A program made the position numbers and the translations under genes. The notes under the pieces are model-generated. The model did no database searches, was not told the DNA's origin, and worked only from the letters and a program-made list of their open reading frames with translations. Shown in pieces: positions 24,151 to 33,413 of a DNA stretch of 37,102 nt; position 1 is the first letter of the stretch; the number at the start of each line of letters is the position of its first letter. Source of the stretch: an uncultured Candidatus Saccharibacteria bacterium (GTDB taxonomy: Bacteria; Patescibacteriota; Minisyncoccia; Sungbacterales; SURF-37); assembly GCA_964395285.1 (NCBI GenBank), contig CAYNAP010000002.1, forward strand, positions 1 to 37,102. The letters run 5' to 3'.

Positions 24151-25551
24151 ATGTCTAAAGTTTCGCTTTCATTTCACGGCGCGGCGCGGGAGGTGACTGG
24201 CGCTTGCCATTTGCTGGAAATTGAGGGGCCCTTCGACTCGCCCCGAGCCGCGTCGAGGGGCTCGCTCGGGGCGACGAGAACGCTTCGCGTTCTCGTCGAC
24301 TGCGGCATGATACAAGGCGGGGATGAGTATGATTCTCGGAATTTTGAGCCATTTTCTTTCTCCGCGGCCGATATAGACGCGGCGATGATAACCCATGGCC
24401 ACATTGATCATATCGGCCGCTTACCCAAGCTCTATCACGAAGGATTCCGCGGGCCGGTTTACTCTACGGCGCCGACGCGGGATCTCGCTGAAATTTTGCT
24501 TGAAGACATGTTGGGGCTTTTCCACCATGCTGGACACGAAAGTTTTTTCTCCGCGGATGATCTTGACGGGGTGATGAAGCTTTTCAAAGCGGTTGAGTAT
24601 AACCAACGGGTGGAACTGGATAAAAATGTTTCTTTCAAACTTTTGCAAGCTGGGCATATTTTAGGATCCTCTTTTGTACGCATTGAGGCCGATGGCAAAG
24701 TTTTTCTTTTCAGCGGGGACATCGGCAACTCGCCAAGCGCGCTTCTTCCGCCGCGCGCGTCCGTGCCCGATACCAATGTTTTAGTGGTGGAGTCAACCTA
24801 CGGCAATAAAATGCATAAGCACGTCAGCGACCGGCGGCTGATGCTTGAGCGCTCGATTGAAGACGTGGCTACGCGCGGCGGCGTTTTGATGCTGCCGGTA
24901 TTCGCCACCGAGCGAACCCAGGAAATTCTTTTCGAGATGAATCAAATGATTCAGCATAAGCGCGTGCCTGAAATGCCGGTTTTTCTCGATTCGCCCCTCG
25001 CGACCAAAGCTACGGTAATTTTTGCCAAGTACTCAAGTTATTACAGCGACGAGGTGCAGAGGCTTTATAGCGAGCACCGCCACCTCTTCGATTTTAAAAA
25101 TCTAAAGTTTACGGTTTCGGTTGAGGAGTCAAAAGCCATCAACGATGTCCGCTCGCCAAAAGTAATATTGGCTGGATCGGGCATGTCTTCCGGCGGGCGG
25201 ATATTGCATCACGAAAGGCGCTATCTTCAGGATCCGGCGAGTATCCTCGTCATTACCGGCTACCAGGCGGCGGGGTCTCTGGGGCGACGGCTTTTGGACA
25301 AGGCTGGTGAAGTGAGAATTTACGGCGATGTTGTGCCGGTGCGAGCCGAGATAAGAATCATTGACGGCTACTCGGCTCATGCCGACGAGGAACAACTTTT
25401 GCAGTTTGTGGACGAGATGCGCGATAACCTTGAGCGGGTTTTTGTGGTCCAAGGCGAGCCAGCGGCGGCGCTGAATTTCCAGCAATTGATCCAGGATCGT
25501 ATGGGCGTTCAAGCTCATGCGCCGATTTACGGAGAAAGTTTTAGTTTATAA
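24151..25551 (+). CDS. Beta-CASP family metallo-beta-lactamase-fold RNase (CPSF/RNase J-like)
   Basis: Contains THGHIDHIGRLP and HILGS. The C-terminal beta-CASP and RNA-specificity region has GYSAHADEEQLL. Confidence 0.8.
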   Translation: MSKVSLSFHGAAREVTGACHLLEIEGPFDSPRAASRGSLGATRTLRVLVDCGMIQGGDEYDSRNFEPFSFSAADIDAAMITHGHIDHIGRLPKLYHEGFRGPVYSTAPTRDLAEILLEDMLGLFHHAGHESFFSADDLDGVMKLFKAVEYNQRVELDKNVSFKLLQAGHILGSSFVRIEADGKVFLFSGDIGNSPSALLPPRASVPDTNVLVVESTYGNKMHKHVSDRRLMLERSIEDVATRGGVLMLPVFATERTQEILFEMNQMIQHKRVPEMPVFLDSPLATKATVIFAKYSSYYSDEVQRLYSEHRHLFDFKNLKFTVSVEESKAINDVRSPKVILAGSGMSSGGRILHHERRYLQDPASILVITGYQAAGSLGRRLLDKAGEVRIYGDVVPVRAEIRIIDGYSAHADEEQLLQFVDEMRDNLERVFVVQGEPAAALNFQQLIQDRMGVQAHAPIYGESFSL

Positions 25552-25637
25552 GTTCTTAAGTTTGCAGGTTGTAAGTTTTGTGCGGCGCGTTATCATAAAC
25601 TTATGAACTTTAAAACCCGCAAACTTACCAACTGGTT

Positions 25638-26216
25638 ATGAAACCTTCACCTCACACCCATCTTAAATACAAAATCGCCATATCCGGCGCGGCCGACACC
25701 GGGCACTGCGGGCCTAATGTTCTTGAACTGACCAAAGAGCTTGGGCGTGAGATAATTTGGCAGGGAGCAGTGCTCTTGACCGGAGCAACGACCGGGGCTC
25801 CGTACTGGGCGGCGATCGGCGCGAAAGAAGCCGGCGGGTTTGTGATTGGTCTTTCGCCGGCTGTTTCCGAAACCGAGCATATTAAGAAATACCGGCTGCC
25901 GGTTGACTACCATGATATGATTATCTATACCGGTTTTGGCTATTCGGGGCGCAACCTACTCTTAACGCGGAGTGCTGACGGCGTTATCGTAAGTTGCGGG
26001 CGAATGGGCACTTTAAACGAGTTCACCATAGCTTTTGAAGACGAAAAACCCATCGGCGTTTTAACCAATCCGGGGTGGATGACCGATGACATCATTAAAA
26101 AAATCATCGAGGAGGCTCACCGCGGCGGCGGCAAAGTGGTTTACGACAGTGATCCCAAGAGCCTGGTCGCTAAGGTTATCCAGCTTATTCGCAAGGAGAA
26201 GCTGATCAAAGTTTAA
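25638..26216 (+). CDS. TIGR00725/LOG-SLOG-like Rossmann-fold protein
   Basis: Contains KIAISGAADTG, LLTGATTG, GRNLLLTRSADGVIVSCGRMGTLNEF. Confidence 0.6.
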   Translation: MKPSPHTHLKYKIAISGAADTGHCGPNVLELTKELGREIIWQGAVLLTGATTGAPYWAAIGAKEAGGFVIGLSPAVSETEHIKKYRLPVDYHDMIIYTGFGYSGRNLLLTRSADGVIVSCGRMGTLNEFTIAFEDEKPIGVLTNPGWMTDDIIKKIIEEAHRGGGKVVYDSDPKSLVAKVIQLIRKEKLIKV

Positions 26217-26217
26217 A

Positions 26218-27365
26218 ATGCTTTCGCGGCAAGCGCAGGCAACACTGTTGTTGTTAGGCACGATTGTGGGAGCGGGGATGTTCGGCATCCCTTTTGTTTT
26301 TGCCAAGGCCGGTTTTGGCGTCGGCGTCGCCGAACTTTTAGCGCTCGCCGCCGTGACTTTGGCAGTTAACCTAGCCTACGCGGATGTGGTTTTGGCAGCG
26401 CCGGCTTTCAACTATCTCCCGGGGTACGTTTCCCTTTATTTTGGCCGAAGAGCTGGCTGGGTGTCTCTCGGTTCATATGTTTTGGGGATTGTCGGAACGC
26501 TTTTGGCCTACGTTATTTTGGGCGGAGCGTTCCTCCAAGTTTTATTGGGTGCGGCGATCCCGAACTTGCATCTCGGCGCGGGACCGTTGCTGTTCTTCCT
26601 CTTCGGTACCGCAGTGATTTACCGCGGGGTGCGCTTTGAAGGTTGGGCTAACGCGCTCTTGACCGCGCTGCTGATTCTGGCTGTTTTGGCCTTGGCTATA
26701 TACCTCTCTCGTTTTATTTCCATTTCGGAATATGGTTACTTCAATATCGGTGAGGCGTTCTTGCCTTACGGCGTTATTCTTTTTGCCATGGCCGGTTCGG
26801 CGGTAATACCCGATGTCTGCCGGCTGCTCAATGGCAAAAAGCGGCGGGATTTAAAGAGAGTGGTCTTTTCGGCACGTTATCGGCTGCGGCGATATATTTT
26901 GTTTTTGCCGCGGCGGTGGTTGGCGTGACCGGGCGGGCGACGACACCGGATGCGATAACCGGCTTGGCCAGCAATTTGGGGCAGAACTATTTGCTGCTCG
27001 GCAGTTTGGTTGGCTTTCTTGCGACCATAACTTCGTTTGTGGCCTTGGGAGCGGTGCTTAAAGGGGTATTTGTTTCGAGTTTGGGCGTCGGCAAAAGTTT
27101 AGCCTGGTTCGCGGCCGCATTTTTGCCGGGGGCGCTTTATTTTCTCGGCCTTAAGGATTTTATTCAGATTATAGGCGCGGTCGGCGCGTTGGCTATTGGT
27201 CTAGACAGTATTTTCATTATTTTTATTCGCCAGAAAGCGGGGTTGGTTAGTTCCAGTTTGCGACCCAAAGCGCTGGGGCTTGGGTTGGGGCGTTGGGCCC
27301 TGATTGCGGTATTTGCGGCTGGCGTGGTCCAAGAACTATATACCCTCTTGAAAAGTCATATCTGA
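26218..27365 (+). pseudogene. Amino-acid permease (aromatic amino acid/Aa_trans-like) split by a frameshift
   Basis: ORF 26218-26928 ends in an Arg-rich out-of-frame-looking tail. The -1 frame reads ...GLFGTLSAAAIYFVFAAAVVGVTGRATTPD and joins ORF 26916-27365 seamlessly. An A5 run lies at 26836-26840. Confidence 0.6.
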
Positions 27366-27369
27366 TTTT

Positions 27370-28014
27370 ATGAAGTTACTTGCGTGGTTTGACTTGGCGC
27401 AACTTATAAAAACTTTCGGCTACGCCGGGATTTTCGGCATAGTTTTTGCCGAGTCCGGCCTTTTGATCGGCTTCTTTCTGCCCGGCGATTCGCTTCTTTT
27501 TACCGCCGGTTTTCTCGCTTCGCAAAACTTTTTAGACGTGTGGGTTCTGATATTGGGCAGTTTTATCGCCGCGGTTCTCGGCGACAACGCGGGCTACGGT
27601 TTTGGCAAGCGGGTCGGTCCGCGAATTTTTAGGCGCGAACAGTCGCTCTTATTCAATCCGGCTAACCTGGAAGTAGCGCGCAAATTTTACGAGCGCCATG
27701 GCGGCAAGGCCATAGTGCTGGCCCGCTTTTTGCCGGCGATCCGCACCTTTGCGCCGATTCTCGCCGGTGTCGGCAGGATGCGATGGTCGAGGTTTTTCTT
27801 TTATAATATTGTCGGAGGATTTCTTTGGGTATTCGGCTTATCTTTGGGGGGATACTTTCTTGGCCGAGTAGTGCCCAACGTTGACCGCTATATCATCCCC
27901 ATAGTTTTACTCATTATCGTTGCCTCAATCGCGCCGACGCTCGTCCATTTGCTGCGCAACAAGGAAAGCCGCCGGCGGATTATCGCCGCGTTTAAAAAGA
28001 CGTATAATAGATGA
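27370..28014 (+). CDS. DedA family membrane protein
   Basis: Contains VFAESGLLIGFFLPGDSLLFTAGFLA and ARFLPAIRTFAPILAG. Confidence 0.8.
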   Translation: MKLLAWFDLAQLIKTFGYAGIFGIVFAESGLLIGFFLPGDSLLFTAGFLASQNFLDVWVLILGSFIAAVLGDNAGYGFGKRVGPRIFRREQSLLFNPANLEVARKFYERHGGKAIVLARFLPAIRTFAPILAGVGRMRWSRFFFYNIVGGFLWVFGLSLGGYFLGRVVPNVDRYIIPIVLLIIVASIAPTLVHLLRNKESRRRIIAAFKKTYNR

Positions 28015-28015
28015 A

Positions 28016-28645
28016 ATGGCTGACAGAAAACAGGTTTTAGAAAGCTTGAAAAGCGAAATGGAGCGGGATCGCGAGCTGCCGCTTTTTGGCCGGGCTAATT
28101 TGGTTTTTGGTGAAGGCAATCCGGAGGCAGGAGTCATGTTTATTGGCGAGGCGCCGGGGTTCCACGAGGACCGGCTTTCGCGTCCTTTCGTCGGGCAGGC
28201 CGGTCAGCTCCTAAACCAGCTGTTGGCTAAAATCAACTGGCCGCGCGAAAGCGTTTACATCACCAACATCGTCAAGCGCCGGCCGCCGGAAAACCGCGAC
28301 CCCCTGCCGGAGGAAATCGAGGCCTACAGGCCCTATCTAAAAAAACAAATTGATATTTTAGAGCCGAAAATAATTGCGACTCTCGGACGTTTTTCAATGA
28401 ACTATTTTTTGCCTTTGGCCAAGATTTCGCGCGACCATGGCAAAGCTACCCCGTTAAACCCCTATTTAATCGCGCCTCTTTATCATCCGGCCGCCGCATT
28501 GCGCTCGACCTCGGTATTGAAAGAACTCGAGGAAGATTTTTTGAAGCTGCCGGATCTTTTGCGCGATTGGGACAAACTGATGGGTAATATCAACATTGAA
28601 GCAAGCCCGCCGGCTGAAGCGGTAAAACAAGTTTCGTTGTTTTAA
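28016..28645 (+). CDS. Uracil-DNA glycosylase, family 4
   Basis: Contains GEAPGFHEDRLSRPFVGQAGQLLN and HPAAALR. The start was taken at ATG 28016. Confidence 0.8.
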   Translation: MADRKQVLESLKSEMERDRELPLFGRANLVFGEGNPEAGVMFIGEAPGFHEDRLSRPFVGQAGQLLNQLLAKINWPRESVYITNIVKRRPPENRDPLPEEIEAYRPYLKKQIDILEPKIIATLGRFSMNYFLPLAKISRDHGKATPLNPYLIAPLYHPAAALRSTSVLKELEEDFLKLPDLLRDWDKLMGNINIEASPPAEAVKQVSLF

Positions 28646-28647
28646 GC

Positions 28648-29289
28648 GTGAAACTTTATATTCCAAAACTGAATCAAGTTGTGCTGATTATAATATTTGC
28701 CGAGTTTCTTTTTGTCATGGCTGCGGGTATCATCGTGCCGGTCTTCGCCATATTCATATTAAGAGACATTAAAGATGCGGCAATACCAGTCATTGGATTT
28801 GCGACGGCGATATACTGGCTGGTCAAATCCGTTTTGCAGCTGCCTATCGCGCGCAAGCTCGATAAAAACCACGGCGAGTATGATGATTTCTATTCGTTGA
28901 TTTTAGGCACATCCATCACTACGATGGCTGTTTTTTCTTTTTACTTTGCAACGGAGATTTGGCATATTTACCTCTTGCAATTTATAGTTGCCATTGGCGA
29001 TGCGTTTGCCGTGCCGCCGTTCTACGCCATTTTTACCCGACATCTTGACGCCAATTCCGAGGGTTTTGAATGGTCGCTTCGTTCGAGTTTCTCCTTGGGC
29101 GCCGGTTCGGCCATATCCGGCGCTCTTTCGGGGGTCTTGGCCGCAATTATCGGCGTTCGCCCCTTGTATCTGGTCAACGGGACACTGATGATGATCGGGG
29201 TTATAATTTTACTTTTCCTTAAACCATACATAAGACCCAAGGCCGAGAAGCCGGTGGAAAGGGTGTTTATTGAACAAAAAAGGGTATAG
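28648..29289 (+). CDS. Six-TM MFS-like membrane protein (half-size)
   Basis: GTG start, about 6 hydrophobic segments, and a short positively charged loop (ARKLDKNHG). Weak family call. Confidence 0.45.
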   Translation: MKLYIPKLNQVVLIIIFAEFLFVMAAGIIVPVFAIFILRDIKDAAIPVIGFATAIYWLVKSVLQLPIARKLDKNHGEYDDFYSLILGTSITTMAVFSFYFATEIWHIYLLQFIVAIGDAFAVPPFYAIFTRHLDANSEGFEWSLRSSFSLGAGSAISGALSGVLAAIIGVRPLYLVNGTLMMIGVIILLFLKPYIRPKAEKPVERVFIEQKRV

Positions 29290-29292
29290 GGT

Positions 29293-29363
29293 AATCGCGA
29301 ATATACGAATTAAAAACAAATATACGAATTCGTATATTCGTGAACATTCGTATATTCGCGATT
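29293..29363. repeat. 71-nt CGAAT-type palindromic element upstream of polX
   Basis: aatcgcgaatatacgaat (29293-29310) is the exact reverse complement of attcgtatattcgcgatt (29346-29363). An inner 20-nt perfect palindrome aatatacgaattcgtatatt lies at 29319-29338. Confidence 0.85.
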
Positions 29364-29369
29364 GCTCTT

Positions 29370-31100
29370 ATGATCAATCAGGAACTCTCCAAAATTTTCT
29401 ATGAAATGGCCCTCCTGCTCGATATGCAGGAAGTGGCGTTTAAGCCGCGGGCTTTTGAGAAAGCCTCGCTTTCGATCGGATCGATGGAGGAAGACCTCCG
29501 CGATATTTATAAGCGCGGAGGGCTCAAGGCCTTGGAACAAATTCCCGATATCGGCAAAGGCATTGCCGAGCGAATCGAGGAATATATCAAGCGCGGGCAT
29601 GTTAAGGATTATGCGGCCATGAAGAGAAAAGTGCCGGTTGACTTGGAAGGCATTAAAAGGATTGAGGGTATCGGGCCGAAGACGATTAAACTTTTGTGGC
29701 AGAAATTAAAAATTCGCACGGTTGCCGATTTGGAAAAAGCGGCGCGGACCGGAAAAGTCCGCGGCATCCCCGGGCTTGGCGCGAAAACCGAGGAAAATAT
29801 TTTGAAGGGCGTTGAGTTTGTCAAAAAATCGGGCGGGCGGTTTTTGCTCGGCGATATACACGGTTTGATAAAAGAAATTGAAGCGCGGCTTGAAAAGTTG
29901 CCGGGAGTTGAGCGGGCGCTCGCGGCCGGATCGTTCCGGCGGATGAAAGAAACGGTGGGGGATGCCGACATGCTGGTTATTTCCTCCAAGCCCCAGCCAG
30001 TGATGGATTATTTTATCCACATGCCCGAAGTGGCCCACATTTACGCTCACGGCGCGACTAAATCAATGGTTAAACTCAAAAACGGCCTCGACGTTGATTT
30101 GCGCGTGGTCGAAAAAGAATCGTTTGGCGCCGCACTCAACTACTTTACCGGATCGAAATATCACAACGTGGCTTTGCGCGAAATAGCCATTAAAAAGGGC
30201 CTAAAACTTAACGAATACGGACTTTACAAGGGTAAAAAGCAAGTCGCCGGGCGCACCGAGGAGGATTTATACAAAGCACTAGGGCTTAAGTATATTGAGC
30301 CGGAGTTGCGGGAGAATACCGGCGAAATAGAGGCGGCGCGGGAGGGGAAGTTGCCCAAAGACTTAATAGGCTATAACGATCTTCGCGGCGATCTTCAAAT
30401 CCAAACCGACTGGAGCGACGGCGCAAATTCGATAGAAGAAATGGTCAAGATTGCTATTGAAGTCGGACTTCAATATATAGCGATAACCGATCACACGAGG
30501 TCCTTGGCCATGACCGGCGGCGCGGATGAGAAAAAGTTGGAGAGGCAGATGGCGGCGATTGACCAAATCAACTCAAAAGTCAAAAGTCAAAAGTCAAAAT
30601 TTCGGGTGCTAAAGGGAGCAGAAGTCAATATTTTACCGAGCGGCAAATTGGATATTGACGATAAGACACTCGCTAAGTTGGATTGCGTGGGCGCGGCGGT
30701 GCACTCCAATTTTAAAATGTCAAAAAGCGAGATGACTAAGCGCATTATAAGAGCGATGGAGAATCCCCATATTGATATTTTGTTTCATCCCACCGGCCGG
30801 ATCATCAACCGCCGCGCGCCTTACGAAGTTGACATGGATGAGATTATAAAGGCAGCTAAGCGCACCGGGACGATTCTCGAGATTGACGCTTCGCCGGAGC
30901 GGCTGGATATTAAGGACGAATATGTGAGGAAGTGCGTTCGCACCGGAGTTAAGATGGTTGTCGACTCCGATGCTCATTCGCTTGGCGGCTATCAGTTTTT
31001 AAAGTTCGGCATCGCCCAGGCGCGAAGAGGGTGGGCGGAGAGGAAAGACGTTTTGAATACTAAGCCGTTAAAAGATTTGCTAAAGTCTTTAAAAGGATGA
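29370..31100 (+). CDS. polX: Family X DNA polymerase with a C-terminal PHP domain
   Basis: HhH motifs IPDIGKGIAERI, IEGIGPKTIKLL and IPGLGAKTEENI. Pol-beta NTase motif GSFRRMKETVGDADMLV. PHP motifs ITDHT and VDSDAHS. Confidence 0.85.
   Translation: MINQELSKIFYEMALLLDMQEVAFKPRAFEKASLSIGSMEEDLRDIYKRGGLKALEQIPDIGKGIAERIEEYIKRGHVKDYAAMKRKVPVDLEGIKRIEGIGPKTIKLLWQKLKIRTVADLEKAARTGKVRGIPGLGAKTEENILKGVEFVKKSGGRFLLGDIHGLIKEIEARLEKLPGVERALAAGSFRRMKETVGDADMLVISSKPQPVMDYFIHMPEVAHIYAHGATKSMVKLKNGLDVDLRVVEKESFGAALNYFTGSKYHNVALREIAIKKGLKLNEYGLYKGKKQVAGRTEEDLYKALGLKYIEPELRENTGEIEAAREGKLPKDLIGYNDLRGDLQIQTDWSDGANSIEEMVKIAIEVGLQYIAITDHTRSLAMTGGADEKKLERQMAAIDQINSKVKSQKSKFRVLKGAEVNILPSGKLDIDDKTLAKLDCVGAAVHSNFKMSKSEMTKRIIRAMENPHIDILFHPTGRIINRRAPYEVDMDEIIKAAKRTGTILEIDASPERLDIKDEYVRKCVRTGVKMVVDSDAHSLGGYQFLKFGIAQARRGWAERKDVLNTKPLKDLLKSLKG
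30574..30601 (+). repeat. Heptamer microsatellite (CAAAAGT x3 plus CAAAATT) inside polX
   Basis: Sequence caaaagt caaaagt caaaagt caaaatt, translated within NSKVKSQKSKFR. This is the same heptamer as the arms around the four-helix-bundle gene. Confidence 0.9.
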
Positions 31101-31591
31101 AGCGTGAAATTTCAGCCGGGGCGGTGATATTCCGCCGCGAGAACCGCGGCGAGGTTAAATTTTTGCTACTATATCACGGCCGGGGTTACTGGAATTTCCC
31201 CAAGGGTCATTTGGAGCAAGGCGAGCGCGCTTTAGGCGCTTTTCTCCGCGAAGTGGAGGAGGAAACCGGCCTCAAGTCCCGCGATTTAAAAGTAATTTCG
31301 GGATTTAAGACCACTGACCGTTATACTTTTTTCAAAGGAGCGGGCTACGACTTTCGCGACAGCAGGGAGCATGCAAGAACAGCGCGGAGTCCGGTGTTCA
31401 AGATCGTGATCTTCTATCTGGTGGAAACTAAGAAGCGCGGCATTGCAGTTTCGGATGAGCACGAAGGATTTGGCTGGTTTAGTCACAAAGAAGCTCTGCG
31501 TCTGGTGAAATATAAAAACACCCAAAACATTATCGAGAAAGCTTATGAATTTATACAAAAAAGTTTATCAAGCCGCAAGGCGCATACCTAA
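31097..31591 (+). CDS. Nudix hydrolase
   Basis: Contains the Nudix box GHLEQGERALGAFLREVEEETGL. Confidence 0.8.
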   Translation: MKREISAGAVIFRRENRGEVKFLLLYHGRGYWNFPKGHLEQGERALGAFLREVEEETGLKSRDLKVISGFKTTDRYTFFKGAGYDFRDSREHARTARSPVFKIVIFYLVETKKRGIAVSDEHEGFGWFSHKEALRLVKYKNTQNIIEKAYEFIQKSLSSRKAHT

Positions 31592-31847
31592 AGGCAAAGT
31601 GGCAACTTACGCCGATGTAGCTCGGGCTATCGGCCGGCCGAGGGCGTGGCGTTTTGTCGGAACGGTGTTAAGCTTTAACCGTGACCCAAAGACCCCTTGC
31701 CATCGGGTCATAAGGTCGGATGGTTACGTCGGCGGGTTCGGCTGGCCGGGCGGCAACGCGGCCAAGCGGGAAAGACTTAAGGGCGAAGGAGTGGCGGTAG
31801 AAAGCGGCAAGGTTAATCTTGGGATATACGGAGTCAGCAGGCTATGA
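31545..31847 (+). CDS. MGMT-family (O6-alkylguanine-DNA alkyltransferase DNA-binding/active-site domain) protein
   Basis: Contains IPKGKVATYADVARAIGRP..R.VG and the PCHRV active-site motif. This is a single-domain, 100-aa form. Confidence 0.8.
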   Translation: MNLYKKVYQAARRIPKGKVATYADVARAIGRPRAWRFVGTVLSFNRDPKTPCHRVIRSDGYVGGFGWPGGNAAKRERLKGEGVAVESGKVNLGIYGVSRL

Positions 31848-32563
31848 TCAGAAATAACATCTTGGAAGTTCGCGACCTCGCGGTTGTTTTGGATGGCGAG
31901 TCAATAATTAGCCAGGTGTCTTTTGACGTTGGCCGGGGAGAGATGCTGGTTATAATCGGGCCGAACGGCGCCGGCAAGACGGTGCTTTTCCGGGCGCTTC
32001 TGGGGCTGGTCGCGCACAAGGGGATGATCAAGTGGCGGGAGGGAGTGCGCATCGGCTACATACCTCAAAAACTCCATTTGGACCGCACGGTGCCGATTAC
32101 GGTGCGCGAATTTTTTCTTCTTAAGTCAAAACGGTTTTGGCTCCCCGCAGCCGAGTTTATTAGTCACATAAAAAATGAGCTCGAATTGGTCGGGCTTAGC
32201 GCGGCGATTTTATCCAAGCCAGTGAGCGAACTATCCGGCGGGCAGTTTCAGCGCATCATGGTTGCCTGGGCGCTGGTTGATCACCCGGATGTTTTGCTTT
32301 TCGACGAGCCAACTACCGGTGTCGATATTGGCAGTGAGGAAACCATTTACAACTTAATTCTTCGTTTGCAAAAGGAACGAGAGACGACCGTCCTCGTAAT
32401 ATCCCACGATCTTCACGTGGTCTACCGCTATGCTAGTCACGTTCTTTGTCTGAATAAGCAAATGATGTGTTTTGGCGTACCGAGCGAAGTGTTGAGCTCG
32501 AAGCAGCTCGCTAAGTTATACAGCGAGCCGGGTTTTTACAAGCATGGCGCGCATCACCCATAA
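31844..32563 (+). CDS. Metal (Zn/Mn-type) ABC transporter ATP-binding protein
   Basis: Walker A GPNGAGKT, signature LSGGQFQR and Walker B LLLFDEPT. It is paired with an ABC-3 permease. Confidence 0.8.
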   Translation: MIRNNILEVRDLAVVLDGESIISQVSFDVGRGEMLVIIGPNGAGKTVLFRALLGLVAHKGMIKWREGVRIGYIPQKLHLDRTVPITVREFFLLKSKRFWLPAAEFISHIKNELELVGLSAAILSKPVSELSGGQFQRIMVAWALVDHPDVLLFDEPTTGVDIGSEETIYNLILRLQKERETTVLVISHDLHVVYRYASHVLCLNKQMMCFGVPSEVLSSKQLAKLYSEPGFYKHGAHHP

Positions 32564-33336
32564 TGGATTCTCTAGTCAACTTATCAAATCAGTATATCGT
32601 CATCGCCGTATTAATCGGCATAGCTTCGGGAGTAATCGGCTCTTTCGCTATTTTAAAGCGGATGGCCTTAGTCGGCGATGCGCTGTCGCATGTGGCTTTA
32701 CCGGGCATCGCTCTAGCTATAGCTTGGCGGGTTGACCCTTTCTGGGGCGCGCTGCTTTTGCTGGTCCTCGCCGCGGTTTTTGTGTGGTGGATTGAGGGGC
32801 GCACTAAATTACCGGGAGACGCCATCGTCGGCTTGCTTTTCACCGCGAGTTTGGCAGCGGGTATTCTTGGCATACCGGACGAAGAAATACTTGACTCGCT
32901 TTTCGGTTCATTTCCGCCGCTGGACGATGTCCAGTTTATTTTGGTGGCGCTGGCAGCGGTTTTTATGACGGTACTTATGATGGCTGCGGCTAAGAAAACT
33001 CTCTTCTCTATCTTTGCTCCGGACATAGCCGCGATATCCGGACCCAAAAGATCGACAACTTTGGTTTTTCTGATTCTCTTTGCAACTGTTGTCGCTTTGG
33101 GCATTAAGCTGGTAGGCACGCTTTTGATGGGGGCGCTGACTATAATTCCGGCTTCGGTAGCTAAAGTTGCCAGCCGCAGCATGACATCTTATGTCGTTTT
33201 GAGCGGGTTTATCGGCGGGGCGGTGGCTGGCACCGGGACGTGGTTGGCGGCCAGTTACCACCTGGCCCCGGGGCCGATAATCATTCTTATCGGTGTTGGG
33301 CTTTTCTTTCTCGCTATCACCTTTCGGCGGGAGTAG
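32563..33336 (+). CDS. Metal ABC transporter permease (ABC-3 family, ZnuB/MntC-like)
   Basis: Polytopic. Contains GDALSHVALPGIALA. Its start overlaps the ATPase stop codon. Confidence 0.75.
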   Translation: MDSLVNLSNQYIVIAVLIGIASGVIGSFAILKRMALVGDALSHVALPGIALAIAWRVDPFWGALLLLVLAAVFVWWIEGRTKLPGDAIVGLLFTASLAAGILGIPDEEILDSLFGSFPPLDDVQFILVALAAVFMTVLMMAAAKKTLFSIFAPDIAAISGPKRSTTLVFLILFATVVALGIKLVGTLLMGALTIIPASVAKVASRSMTSYVVLSGFIGGAVAGTGTWLAASYHLAPGPIIILIGVGLFFLAITFRRE

Positions 33337-33349
33337 TTTGGCTTAATAA

Positions 33350-33384
33350 CAACCCCCCCGATGGCCATCGGGGGGGTTGCTTTT
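33350..33384. terminator. Bidirectional terminator between the ABC permease and rplT
   Basis: Perfect palindrome caacccccccgatgg/ccatcgggggggttg, followed by cttttg. Confidence 0.7.
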
Positions 33385-33413
33385 GAGGAGGTCTTTTGAG
33401 GCGCAAGCAGGCG

